Below are positions 13,565 to 21,819 of a DNA stretch of 32,000 nucleotides, piece by piece; position 1 is the stretch's first letter, and every line of letters starts with the position of its first letter. A model generated the notes under the pieces. The model searched no databases. It saw only the letters and a program-made list of their open reading frames with translations, and was not told the origin of the DNA. This DNA comes from Thermococcus kodakarensis KOD1. GTDB taxonomy: Archaea; Methanobacteriota_B; Thermococci; Thermococcales; Thermococcaceae. A program made the translations under genes and the position numbers. The stretch spans positions 1,530,001 through 1,562,000 of the forward strand of contig NC_006624.1 in assembly GCF_000009965.1 (NCBI RefSeq), written 5' to 3'.

Positions 13565-13873
13565 ATGAGAAGGGAGATAAGGGAGCTTCTTGGTGAGGAG
13601 CTGGCCAACTACCTCGAACTGTTGAGGGCAAAGCTCGCCTTCGCCGAAGAGCTGTACGGAGTCAAGATGAACTACGTTCCTCTAATCACTGAGGGAGAAG
13701 TTGTTGTCCTCGATAAGAACGACGGGGAGGTAAAGTGGCTCAGGGATAAGAGGCCTCTCACGACGGAGGAGTTCCTGAGGCTGCTCCCGAAGATAAAGGA
13801 GAACCTTGAAAGCGGCTTCGTCGAGATGCTCCTGGCTATGAACATGGGCTGCATCAACGGGCCGGGGGAGTAA
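13565..13873 (+). CDS. Hypothetical protein (102 aa)
   Basis: Clean ORF with SD ggtgg 4 nt upstream of the ATG and host-like codon usage. It is a K/E/L-rich soluble protein with no motif I recognise. Confidence 0.6.
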   Translation: MRREIRELLGEELANYLELLRAKLAFAEELYGVKMNYVPLITEGEVVVLDKNDGEVKWLRDKRPLTTEEFLRLLPKIKENLESGFVEMLLAMNMGCINGPGE

Positions 13874-13903
13874 ATTTTTAAGCTCCCCATCGGACGACTT
13901 CCG

Positions 13904-14731
13904 ATGAAAAAAGCCGAACTCGCACTCCTCGGTGTCACTGTCTTCTGGGGCTTCACCTTTCCCGCCATGAAGGTTAGTCTCAACTATTTTCCGCCGATAC
14001 TCTTTCTCGCCTACCGCTTCGGTCTGGCTTCACTCCTCATGCTTCTTATCTTCGGGAGGAGGGCCCTAAAGCGTGAGACGTTTAAGGAAGGCTTCATCCT
14101 CGGCCTGACCCTCTTTTTTGGCCACGGCTTCCAGATAGTCGGCCTCAAGTACACGACGGCCTCGAACTCGGCGTTCATAACATCCCTCTACGTTGTATTA
14201 ACACCGTTCATAGCCTACTTCATGCTCGGGGAAAAAGTGACCGGAAGGGACTTAACTTCGCTAGTCTTGGCTGTCATCGGCCTCTACCTGATATCCGGGG
14301 CGGGAACGTCCATAAACTACGGGGACTTCCTCACACTGCTCTGCGCGGTGAGCTTTGCCTTCCAGATAGTCCTCGTCCACAAGTTCGGCGAGAAGGATTA
14401 TCTAAGCCTGACCTTCTGGCAGCTGTTCTGGAACTTCATCTTTTCGGCGCTCTTCGCCCTGGCCTTTGAAGAGCCTGCTTTTCCGAGGGAAGTGCTCCCG
14501 TGGGTGGGCGTCATCTACACGGCGGTCTTCGCCACGGTGATAGCCTTCACGGTCCAGCTCAAGTATCAGAGGTACACGACGGCCCAGAGGGCGGCCCTTA
14601 TCTATTCTTCCGAGCCAGTGTTCGGCTCGCTCGCTGCTTACATAGCTCTGGGCGAGACGCTCTCCCTTAGGGGCTACCTGGGTGCGGCGCTGATCATGAG
14701 TGGAATTCTGAACGAGGTCAGGAAAAATTAA
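13904..14731 (+). CDS. EamA/DMT (drug/metabolite transporter) family permease
   Basis: 275 aa with about 10 hydrophobic segments arranged as two similar halves. The N-terminus LLGVTVFWGFTFPAMKVSL is typical of EamA domains. A TATA-like aaatttttaag at 13872-13882, about 25 nt upstream, suggests a leaderless mRNA. Confidence 0.85.
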   Translation: MKKAELALLGVTVFWGFTFPAMKVSLNYFPPILFLAYRFGLASLLMLLIFGRRALKRETFKEGFILGLTLFFGHGFQIVGLKYTTASNSAFITSLYVVLTPFIAYFMLGEKVTGRDLTSLVLAVIGLYLISGAGTSINYGDFLTLLCAVSFAFQIVLVHKFGEKDYLSLTFWQLFWNFIFSALFALAFEEPAFPREVLPWVGVIYTAVFATVIAFTVQLKYQRYTTAQRAALIYSSEPVFGSLAAYIALGETLSLRGYLGAALIMSGILNEVRKN

Positions 14732-14780
14732 CGAAAGGTTAATAAATTTTGAATCCAACCTTCTCTGGAGGTGAGGCCGA

Positions 14781-15158
14781 ATGGTCCACGAGTACGTTAA
14801 GGAGAGGATTAAGGAGTTCACGAAGGAGGAGAAGGAAAAGCGCTACAAGTACCTTGGCAAGGAGGTCATCGACGTTGGAGACCCAGGCCTCGACAGCATC
14901 CCCGAGTTCTACGGCATAGCCAACGCCATCTGGAGGGACTGGAAGAACGGGGAGATAAGCACGAAGACGGCCCTCGGAAGGCTCGCGCTCCTCAAGCTCC
15001 TGACCTACAAGACCAAGAACAAGAAGATAGCAGACATACCTGAGGAAGACCTCGAGGAAGTCAGGAAGTTCATAGACTACGTCATACAGGTCATCAAGAA
15101 CGAGAGCAGGAGGAAGGGAGAACCCGAGGAAGAGAGGCAGATCGAGGAGAACGCTTAA
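14781..15158 (+). CDS. Hypothetical protein (125 aa)
   Basis: A strong SD ggaggtga (14767-14774) lies 6 nt before the ATG, and a TATA-like ttaataaa lies at 14739-14746. The protein is K/E-rich and soluble, with no recognisable domain. Confidence 0.6.
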   Translation: MVHEYVKERIKEFTKEEKEKRYKYLGKEVIDVGDPGLDSIPEFYGIANAIWRDWKNGEISTKTALGRLALLKLLTYKTKNKKIADIPEEDLEEVRKFIDYVIQVIKNESRRKGEPEEERQIEENA

Positions 15159-15180
15159 ATTCTCAAACGCTGAACTCCCA

Positions 15181-15238
15181 GTGCCCTCCCCTCTCACACC
15201 CCCGGGAGCGGTGACCGGGGGGCGGTCGGGGAGGGCAC
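15181..15238. repeat. GC-rich nested inverted repeat (hairpin) between convergent genes
   Basis: The outer stem is gtgccctcccc (15181-15191) paired with ggggagggcac (15228-15238), a perfect 11 bp. The inner stem is cccccgg (15199-15205) paired with ccggggg (15215-15221), 7 bp, with the 9-nt loop gagcggtga. It lies between the stop of the 125-aa gene (15156-15158) and the stop of the NTPase gene (15243-15245). Confidence 0.8.
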
Positions 15239-15242
15239 ACCT

Positions 15243-15779
15243 TCACAGTCCGTACCATTCAGGGTTCAGCCTCGGAACCAGGGCCATTAGGACAGCCAGC
15301 TTGTTCAATTCTTTTCTCACGAGCATTCCATGGGTCAGAACGCCTATCGCACCGATTTTTCTCTTCAGCTCGGGGTCGTTAACCAGCTCACCCATCGCAA
15401 TTCCGACCTCAACACCTTCCTCAAACACCCGCCTGATTACTCCTGGAGGGTACTCAAAGCCCGGCCCGTGGCCGAGGGTTATTCTGCCCTCCCGGTCAAC
15501 AACAGCACAGAACTGGACGTCCATGTAGCCGGTAATCGTTTCCGGAACCCGGTAAAGGCCGGCCTCGATGCCCACTCCAAAGTCTGCATCAGTTTTCTCA
15601 ATGGCCTGTTTGGCCCTGTTGATGGCTCCCTTAACAGTCTCCTCTAGCCCGACAGGCTGGTCAGGAACTCCGCTGTCCACCTCGATGGGGACTACCTCAA
15701 CGTCTCCATAAATCCCCAGGAAAACCTCTCTAACGGCCTCAACTTTGGCTGGGTTTGTTGAGCCGACGGCCACTTTCAT
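15243..15779 (-). CDS. Inosine/xanthosine triphosphatase (YjjX / NTPase_I-T family)
   Basis: [27 protein letters not shown] and [10 protein letters not shown] align motif-for-motif with E. coli YjjX (TTNPAK, ESGVPEQP, EGAIGVFT). The SD ggtggtgg lies immediately upstream of ATG 15779. The ORF-track start at 15806 adds an implausible MVFFGGGGR. Confidence 0.85.
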
Positions 15780-15975
15780 TCTACCACCACCCCCAAAGAA
15801 AACCAAGAGGGCTTAAAGGGATTGCCCGAGAACCATCCAAAAACCTTATAAGCAGACTTCCCAACTTTGCCCGATACCCATGAGGGGGGAGTGTTTTATC
15901 CTCCGCTTCGCCCGTTTCGAGGCTTGAGACCCTCTTCTGGGTTAGCATTGACTATCATTTCTGGAGGGATTTTCC

Positions 15976-18900
15976 ATGATCAGGGAGCCAGAGTTTAGGG
16001 AGTACAACCCAGGTCAGCTTGAGGAGAAGATAGAGGCCTTCTGGAAGGAGAACAACACCTACGAGAAGGTGAAAAAGCTCAGGGAGAACGGCCCGAAGTA
16101 CTACTTCCTCGACGGGCCGCCGTACGTCAGCGGTGCAATCCACCTCGGTACGGCCTGGAACAAGATAATCAAGGACATGATAATCCGCTTCAGGAGCATG
16201 CAGGGCTACAACGTCAGGAGACAGCCCGGTTTCGACATGCACGGCCTTCCCATAGAGGTCAAGGTCGAGCAGGCCCTCAAGCTGAAGAACAAGCGCGAGA
16301 TAGAGACCAAGATAGGCGTTGACAACTTCATAAAGAAGTGCAAGGAGTTCGCCCTCAACAACCTCAAGATCATGACGGAGCAGTTCAAACAGCTCGGCGT
16401 CTGGATGGACTGGGACAACCCGTACATGACGATAAAGAACGAGTACATCGAGTCGGGATGGTTCACGCTCAAGAGGGCCTGGGAGAAGGGCCTTCTCGAA
16501 AAGGACAAGCGCGTCCTCCACTGGTGTCCGAGGTGTCAGACGGCCCTTGCTGAGCACGAGGTCCGCGGCGAGTACAAGATGAGGAAGGACCCGAGCATCT
16601 ACGTCAAGTTCCCGATTGAGTGGAAGGAGAAAGAGTACCTCCTCATCTGGACGACAACGCCCTGGACACTGCCGGCCAACCTCGCCGTTGCCGCCCACCC
16701 GGAGTACGAGTACGCGAAGGTTAAGGTCGAGACCGAGAACGGCGAGGAGTACTGGATAATGGCAAAAGCCCTCGTGGAGAGGGTTCTCAGCGAGGTAGGC
16801 GTCAAGGGTGAAATTGTTGAGACGTTCAAGGGCGAGGAGCTTGAGGGGATACGCTACACCCATGTCCTCCTTGAAGAGTACCCAGCTCAGAAGGAGTTCC
16901 GCGAGAAGTACGAGTGGGCGCACCGCGTAATCCTCGGCGAGCACGTCACGCTTGAGGACGGTACTGGACTGGTTCACACCGCCCCCGGCCACGGTGAGGA
17001 GGACTTCGAGGTCGGCCAGCGCTACGGTTTGCCAGTCTACAGTCCGGTTGACGACGCCGGAAGGTACACCGAGGGCAAGTGGAAGGGCGTCTATGTAAAG
17101 GACGCCGACCCTGAGATAATCGAGTACCTCAAGGAGAAGGGCTACCTTGTGAAGGCTGGAGAGATAGAGCACAAGTACCCGCACTGCTGGCGCTGTAAGA
17201 CCCCGCTCATATTCCGCGCCACCGACCAGTGGTTCCTCAAGGTCAGTAAGGTCAAGGACCAGATAATCAAGGAGAACGACGAGAAGGTGACCTGGTACCC
17301 TGAGTGGGTGAAAGTTAGGTACGACAACGGCGTCATGAACTCCGGCGACTGGGTCATAAGCAGGCAGAGGTACTGGGGAATCCCGCTCCCGATATGGGAG
17401 AGCGAGGACGGAGAATACTACGTCGTTGGAAGCTTTGAGGAGCTCGTTAAGCTCGCTGTCGCGATAGAGGTCAACGGCGAGAGGATAGATCTCCCGGAGG
17501 GCTATGAGGAGAAGCTGAAGATAATAGAGGAGAAGCTCGGCCCAGAAGACCTTCACAGGCCCTACGTTGATGCCTTCATCATAAAGGTGAACGGCAAGGA
17601 GATGAAGCGCGTTAAAGACGTCGTTGATGTCTGGTTCGACAGCGGAATAGCGAGCTGGGCTTCCCTGGATTATCCAAGGAACAAGGAGCTATTCGAGAAG
17701 CTCTGGCCGGCGGACTTCATAGTTGAGGGCGAAGATCAAGTTACCAAGTGGTTCTACTCCCAGCAGGCGGCTTCAGTCATAGCCTTCGACACCGTCCCGT
17801 ACAGGGCCGTTGCAATGCACGGCTACGTCCTCGATGAGAAGGGCGACAAGATGAGCAAGAGCCTCGGCAACATCATAAGGCCGGAAGAGGTTGTCCAGAA
17901 GGAAGGAAGGGACCCGTTCAGGTTCTATATGCTCTGGGCAACGAACCCGTGGGAGAACCTCCGCTTCAGCTGGAAGGGCCTTGAGCAGGTCAAGAGGATG
18001 CTCAACATCCTCTGGAACGTCTACGTGCTTTCAGCCACCTACATGAGCCTAGATAACTTCAACCCAACCAAGGTCAATCCAGAGGAACTTCCCTTCAGGG
18101 AGGAGGACAGGTGGATACTCAGCAGGGTCAACAGCCTCATCGGAGAGGTCACCGACGGAATAGAGACCTTCAGGCTGACAAGAGCTACAAGGGGCATCTA
18201 CAACTTCGTTGTCGAAGACCTGAGCAGGTGGTACATAAGGCTCATCAGGAAGAGAATGTGGGTTGAGGGCGACGACCCGGACAAGCTGGCGGCCTACTAC
18301 ACCGTCTGGAAGGTCTTTGACGTCCTTCTAAGGCTCATGGCGCCGTTCACGCCATACATAGCCGAGGAGATATACCAGAACCTCATAAGGCCCTTCGTCG
18401 GTGTGGAGAGCGTCCACATGCTCGACTGGCCGGAGGCGGACGAGAAGGCCATTGACGAGGAGCTTGAAAAAGAGATGGAGTACGCCAGGAAGATAGTCGA
18501 GGCAGGCTCAAGCGCCAGACAGAAGGCCAGGATAAAGCTCCGCTACCCTGTCAGAAGGATAATCATCGAGACCGAGGACGAGACAGTTAAGAAGGCCGTC
18601 GAGAGGATCAACAGGATACTCAGGGATCAGCTCAACGCCAAAGAAGTCGTCGTTGGAAAGGTCGAGCGCGAGCTTATCATAAAGCCGAACTTCGCGAAGG
18701 TTGGGCCCGAGTTCAAGGGCGACGCCAAGAAGGTAATAGCCTGGATAAGCGAGCACGGCAGGGAGCTATACGAGAAGGGCGAGATGGACGTCGAAATAGA
18801 GGGCAAGACCTTCCACATCACGAGGGAGCACGTAACCATCGAGGAGAAGCTCCCGGACTTCTTCGTTGCTGAGGAGTTCGATGGAGGAAGGGTCTTCGTG

Positions 18901-19173
18901 GACAAGACCCTCACCAGGGAGCTCCTGGCTGAGGGACTGGCGAGGGAGTTCGTGAGAAGGATACAGGAGATGCGCAAGAGGCTCGACCTCGACGTGAACG
19001 ACAGAATAGTTGTAACAATCGAGACGACCGACGAGAACCGCGAGCTCCTCCAGGAGAACCTCGACTACATAATGCGCGAAACGAGGGCTGTGGAGGTTCG
19101 CTTCGAGGAGGCCAAGGGCTACGTCGTCGAGTGGCCAGAGGTGCAGGCGAAGATAGGGATTGAGAAGGTTTAA
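15976..19173 (+). CDS. ileS: Isoleucyl-tRNA synthetase
   Basis: A class I aaRS with a HIGH-type motif (PYVSGAIHLGTAWNK) and a KMSKS motif (GDKMSKSLGN). It has a large CP1 editing insertion and a CWRC Zn motif. The 1065-aa length is typical of archaeal IleRS. The SD ggaggg lies 6 nt upstream of ATG 15976. Confidence 0.95.
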   Translation: MIREPEFREYNPGQLEEKIEAFWKENNTYEKVKKLRENGPKYYFLDGPPYVSGAIHLGTAWNKIIKDMIIRFRSMQGYNVRRQPGFDMHGLPIEVKVEQALKLKNKREIETKIGVDNFIKKCKEFALNNLKIMTEQFKQLGVWMDWDNPYMTIKNEYIESGWFTLKRAWEKGLLEKDKRVLHWCPRCQTALAEHEVRGEYKMRKDPSIYVKFPIEWKEKEYLLIWTTTPWTLPANLAVAAHPEYEYAKVKVETENGEEYWIMAKALVERVLSEVGVKGEIVETFKGEELEGIRYTHVLLEEYPAQKEFREKYEWAHRVILGEHVTLEDGTGLVHTAPGHGEEDFEVGQRYGLPVYSPVDDAGRYTEGKWKGVYVKDADPEIIEYLKEKGYLVKAGEIEHKYPHCWRCKTPLIFRATDQWFLKVSKVKDQIIKENDEKVTWYPEWVKVRYDNGVMNSGDWVISRQRYWGIPLPIWESEDGEYYVVGSFEELVKLAVAIEVNGERIDLPEGYEEKLKIIEEKLGPEDLHRPYVDAFIIKVNGKEMKRVKDVVDVWFDSGIASWASLDYPRNKELFEKLWPADFIVEGEDQVTKWFYSQQAASVIAFDTVPYRAVAMHGYVLDEKGDKMSKSLGNIIRPEEVVQKEGRDPFRFYMLWATNPWENLRFSWKGLEQVKRMLNILWNVYVLSATYMSLDNFNPTKVNPEELPFREEDRWILSRVNSLIGEVTDGIETFRLTRATRGIYNFVVEDLSRWYIRLIRKRMWVEGDDPDKLAAYYTVWKVFDVLLRLMAPFTPYIAEEIYQNLIRPFVGVESVHMLDWPEADEKAIDEELEKEMEYARKIVEAGSSARQKARIKLRYPVRRIIIETEDETVKKAVERINRILRDQLNAKEVVVGKVERELIIKPNFAKVGPEFKGDAKKVIAWISEHGRELYEKGEMDVEIEGKTFHITREHVTIEEKLPDFFVAEEFDGGRVFVDKTLTRELLAEGLAREFVRRIQEMRKRLDLDVNDRIVVTIETTDENRELLQENLDYIMRETRAVEVRFEEAKGYVVEWPEVQAKIGIEKV

Positions 19174-19180
19174 CCTCTCC

Positions 19181-19999
19181 CTATCCTTTTTTAGCAGCAG
19201 GATTCGCGTAGGGCGCTACAACGTTCTTCGCTCCAGCTACTACCAGTATTCTGGCCAGTCCAAGGTCATCTATTTTTCCGCATTCAACGTATATGTACTC
19301 GCCGTTTTTGGTGTAAAGCTTCGAAAACACCACCTTTATGGGGCCGTTTTGCCATTTCCCCAAATCTTCAACGACGGTAAAGTTAAGCAGTCTTATATTT
19401 TCGTTAATTTTCTCAATGATGTCCTCAATGGAACACGAACAACCGGCCTCAATTAAGCGGGGTTCAGTCTCTCCACCAAAAAGGGGTTCTGGCCAGAAGG
19501 CCCATCGTCCCTTGACGAGGGGAATGAAATAGTAGGCAATCTTAACCTCTCCACTGGATGAACTGGTACTGCCCATCTCTACCTTCTCAAGTTTGGAGTT
19601 CTCACCTGAACAGCTTCCGCGTTCATACTGGAAATAATGCCTCAAACGGGCAGTATCTCCGGGCAGGATCATCTTCACTTCCCCTCCCCATACGGAGCAT
19701 TGTGGTGTGATACCCAGTTTTCTGGTCCAGCTGCTTTTCTCACCGTTGAGAAACGGTGGGATTATCTCACTGTCCTCGGTTTCATACACGTATCCCTCGG
19801 AGAAAAAAACGAATCCCCCTCCAGAAATCCGTACTGCCGTCGTGGGCCAATTGGAAGAGTAAGGGATTGAGGAGAGGCAATCGGTGGAGAAGTTGCTTAC
19901 CGAGAGCTTACAATCGGGATTCCTTTCTGGAAGAATATGCACAAAAAAGAGCAAAGAGAAAAGAAAAACCGCAGCACCGAAAACAAACCCCCTCTTCAA
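19181..19999 (-). CDS. Hypothetical membrane-anchored/secreted protein (272 aa), TTG start, second gene of the peptidase operon
   Basis: The N-terminal hydrophobic segment is FVFGAAVFLFSLLFFVHIL. The rest is Cys-containing and Ser-rich, with no recognisable family. The only start preserving the signal segment is TTG 19999-19997. It sits 5 nt after a perfect SD GGAGGGTGAT that contains the upstream gene's TGA stop. Confidence 0.65.
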   Translation of the reverse strand: MKRGFVFGAAVFLFSLLFFVHILPERNPDCKLSVSNFSTDCLSSIPYSSNWPTTAVRISGGGFVFFSEGYVYETEDSEIIPPFLNGEKSSWTRKLGITPQCSVWGGEVKMILPGDTARLRHYFQYERGSCSGENSKLEKVEMGSTSSSSGEVKIAYYFIPLVKGRWAFWPEPLFGGETEPRLIEAGCSCSIEDIIEKINENIRLLNFTVVEDLGKWQNGPIKVVFSKLYTKNGEYIYVECGKIDDLGLARILVVAGAKNVVAPYANPAAKKG

Positions 20000-20005
20000 T
20001 TTAAA

Positions 20006-21265
20006 TCACCCTCCAGAAGTTACTGCCACGTAGGGGCATATTCCATTCCAGCACATCTTTATGGGTTTTACAGTTGTTATCATTGCGTCCACCCAGTTGC
20101 CGACCTTTATCCATCCCGCAGGTAGATCCTTCCATGTTGTGTGTACGTATATTGCTGGGACGCTTGAATCGTACCCAACAAAGGTCATTGAGTGTCCAAC
20201 AATACTGCCATTTCTAAGTCTCCAGTGAACATTCAAAAGACCCGGATGGTTCTTATCAACTTCTCCTTTAATCGCTAAGAACAGTTGATAGTCCGAAGAG
20301 TATTCACGATTCGTGGCATCGTAGCTGTAGGTTGGATGAACACTAAGATGTCCGTCGTTATAGAGTTTCATGACCTCCCAGTAAAAGTCCTCAATTCCCT
20401 TCGTTATGCCGTTTGCCTCTGTTCTACCACTACTGTCTGTTCCCATTGTAAAGTGAAGAATATCAATTATTGCTTCCCTCATATAGGCGCTTCTAAATTG
20501 GGAGTCATAATATGCAACCACCATTGATGCCGCTATTGGGGAACAGCCATCCCAGTCACCCCACGGATCTGGCGCAGGACCCACGTTGTTAGGGTATCCA
20601 ATGTTGGCGTTTCCAGTGTCAGTGGATGTCCAAGTTGGCACCCCTTCAATGATCTTTCTTGGGGAACTTTTGAGGGCATCCTTTTCCAACTTGACCCAGA
20701 GCACCTCGTTTTTCTTGGATTCTATTGAGAATCTGAATGATGCACTCGGATCGATCCTGTACTCCCTACCGGCCAAATCAACGACCGTGCCATCCTCGGT
20801 CTGAATTCCAAACATTGCCGCCCCAAGAACAACGTAGCGATAGTGCTTAATTCCTATTGTTTCCGCAATTTTGTCCAGTTGCTGGCTGACAAGCTTCCTG
20901 GCCTCGAACACCTGCATCCATCCGGGAGGCATTGTTTTTAACGCAGGTATGAACATGACGCCAACAACTTTTCCATCCTTGAGGAGGGGAACCTCATAGT
21001 AGGCGGGTCTCCCATCGGGGAAGTAAAACAGAACCAGCTTCTTCCCGATTTCTGCCCCTTTGAAGTCCATAAAGGGAAAGCTGTTAAGCTCGTTTTTTGC
21101 TAGATACAACGCCACGTTTCTGGAAACCTGCGGTAGAACTTTAGTAGAACTTTTGGCCACTTCAAGGGCAGGGTCACCGAAAACGTAGCTTTCCGTGTTA
21201 AGTAATGTCATCCCCAAAATCAAAAACATCAGCAGTATTCCCAGGCTCCTGTTCTTCAACTTCAT
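20006..21265 (-). CDS. Secreted papain-fold cysteine peptidase-like protein with long N-terminal prodomain
   Basis: The signal peptide is LGILLMFLILGMTLLNT. The C-terminal ~190 aa contain a nucleophile-type motif DWDGCSPIAASMVVAYY and a His motif GSIVGHSMTFVGYD. Their spacing and context resemble C10/C39/C47-type Cys-His peptidases (compare the G-C-x-A-T-A ... G-H-A-x-V-x-D-G-Y pattern). The N-terminal ~200 aa have PepSY-like beta-rich segments (RPAYYEVPLLKDGKVVGVMFI). GC content is lower than in the flanking genes. Confidence 0.6.
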   Translation of the reverse strand: MKLKNRSLGILLMFLILGMTLLNTESYVFGDPALEVAKSSTKVLPQVSRNVALYLAKNELNSFPFMDFKGAEIGKKLVLFYFPDGRPAYYEVPLLKDGKVVGVMFIPALKTMPPGWMQVFEARKLVSQQLDKIAETIGIKHYRYVVLGAAMFGIQTEDGTVVDLAGREYRIDPSASFRFSIESKKNEVLWVKLEKDALKSSPRKIIEGVPTWTSTDTGNANIGYPNNVGPAPDPWGDWDGCSPIAASMVVAYYDSQFRSAYMREAIIDILHFTMGTDSSGRTEANGITKGIEDFYWEVMKLYNDGHLSVHPTYSYDATNREYSSDYQLFLAIKGEVDKNHPGLLNVHWRLRNGSIVGHSMTFVGYDSSVPAIYVHTTWKDLPAGWIKVGNWVDAMITTVKPIKMCWNGICPYVAVTSGG

Positions 21266-21404
21266 AGAGCATCATCTAACCGAGTGGTCACTAATAATGA
21301 TGTATGATGCTATATAAATTTTTCTATTTTTGCAGTTATTAGTTGAACCAACTAACGTTTTTTGTTATAACCAACTTGTAATAATTAAAATTCAAGCCGA
21401 TCAA

Positions 21405-21436
21405 ACGAAAAAAGCAAAGCAAAAAAGCAACAAAAG
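21405..21436 (-). terminator. Oligo-T terminators after vapC
   Basis: The minus strand reads cTTTTgttgcTTTTTTgctttgcTTTTTTcg, starting about 12 nt after the vapC stop (21448-21450). Confidence 0.55.
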
Positions 21437-21447
21437 AGCACGGAAGT

Positions 21448-21819
21448 TCATTTTTCCAAAATTTTCACCTTCAGTCCGTACTCCTTAAAGCGCTCGAAGC
21501 CCTTATCGCAGGTGAAAAGGACTGAATTGTGGGCTATTGCAGTTGCGGCGATGAGTAAGTCTTTAAATGGCGGCCGCTGACCTTTCTTCGTCAGATCTCT
21601 GAAGATTGCACCCGCGATCTTTGCGGCCTCTTCGTTGAATTCGACTTTCGGTATCATTTCAAGCATTAACTCTTCCCTCTCCTTCAAGCTTCCACAGTAG
21701 AGTTCAAAGAGGACTATAGCGGGGAGCGCGTAAGTTTCACCTGGGGAAAGACCCTCTATGACTTTTCTGTTTCCCCCGAAGAGCTCTATAACGACGCTGG
21801 TGTCCAGGAGTCCATCCAT
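21448..21819 (-). CDS. vapC: PIN-domain ribonuclease toxin VapC
   Basis: 123 aa. The acidic residues are in PIN positions: [10 protein letters not shown] (first Asp), FELYCG (Glu), LLIAATAI and FTCDKGF (distal Asp). It lies directly downstream of, and overlapping, a small antitoxin gene. Confidence 0.88.

Noticed and set aside
11982-13568. Plus-strand ORFs (11982-12488, 12547-12741, 13098-13568) antisense to the GH57-like gene
   Set aside because: They have no start signals and are overlapped by a long motif-bearing ORF on the other strand.
15181-15528. 115-aa plus-strand ORF starting in the GC-rich hairpin
   Set aside because: It is antisense to the YjjX-type NTPase gene, has a Pro/Ser/Gly-rich nonsense composition, and begins inside an inverted repeat.
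15880-15927. 15-codon mini-ORF (MRGECFILRFARFEA) in the ileS leader as an Ile-sensing leader peptide
   Set aside because: It has only one Ile codon and no SD, and leader-peptide attenuation is not an established archaeal mechanism. I kept it only as a note within the long-leader finding.
15955-17556. 533-aa ORF on the minus strand, antisense to ileS
   Set aside because: It is entirely contained in the well-supported ileS gene. Its L/V/E/D/P-rich, low-complexity translation is what you get by reading a GC-rich, GAG/AAG-rich gene backwards. It has no SD or promoter.
21268-21311. 8-bp inverted repeat agcatcat / atgatgct bracketing the region just upstream of the peptidase start codon
   Set aside because: The distal arm abuts the putative TATA box (about 21312-21322), so it is probably not transcribed, which rules out an RNA hairpin. 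It could be a protein-binding site, but an 8-bp repeat in AT-rich DNA is weak evidence.
21285-21312. C-box-like sequences (aatgatgt, tatgatgc) suggesting a C/D-box sRNA; a similar gtgatgc at about 557 with ctga at about 628
   Set aside because: There are no properly spaced D/D' (CUGA) and C' boxes and no terminal stem, and the spacing is wrong for the ~50-60 nt archaeal C/D sRNAs. These are more likely chance matches within AT-rich promoter or terminator DNA.
21339-21363. Hairpin ttagttg-aac-caactaa followed by T6 on the plus strand, resembling a bacterial intrinsic terminator
   Set aside because: No plus-strand gene ends nearby. It sits in the promoter-upstream region of the minus-strand peptidase operon and is short and AT-rich.
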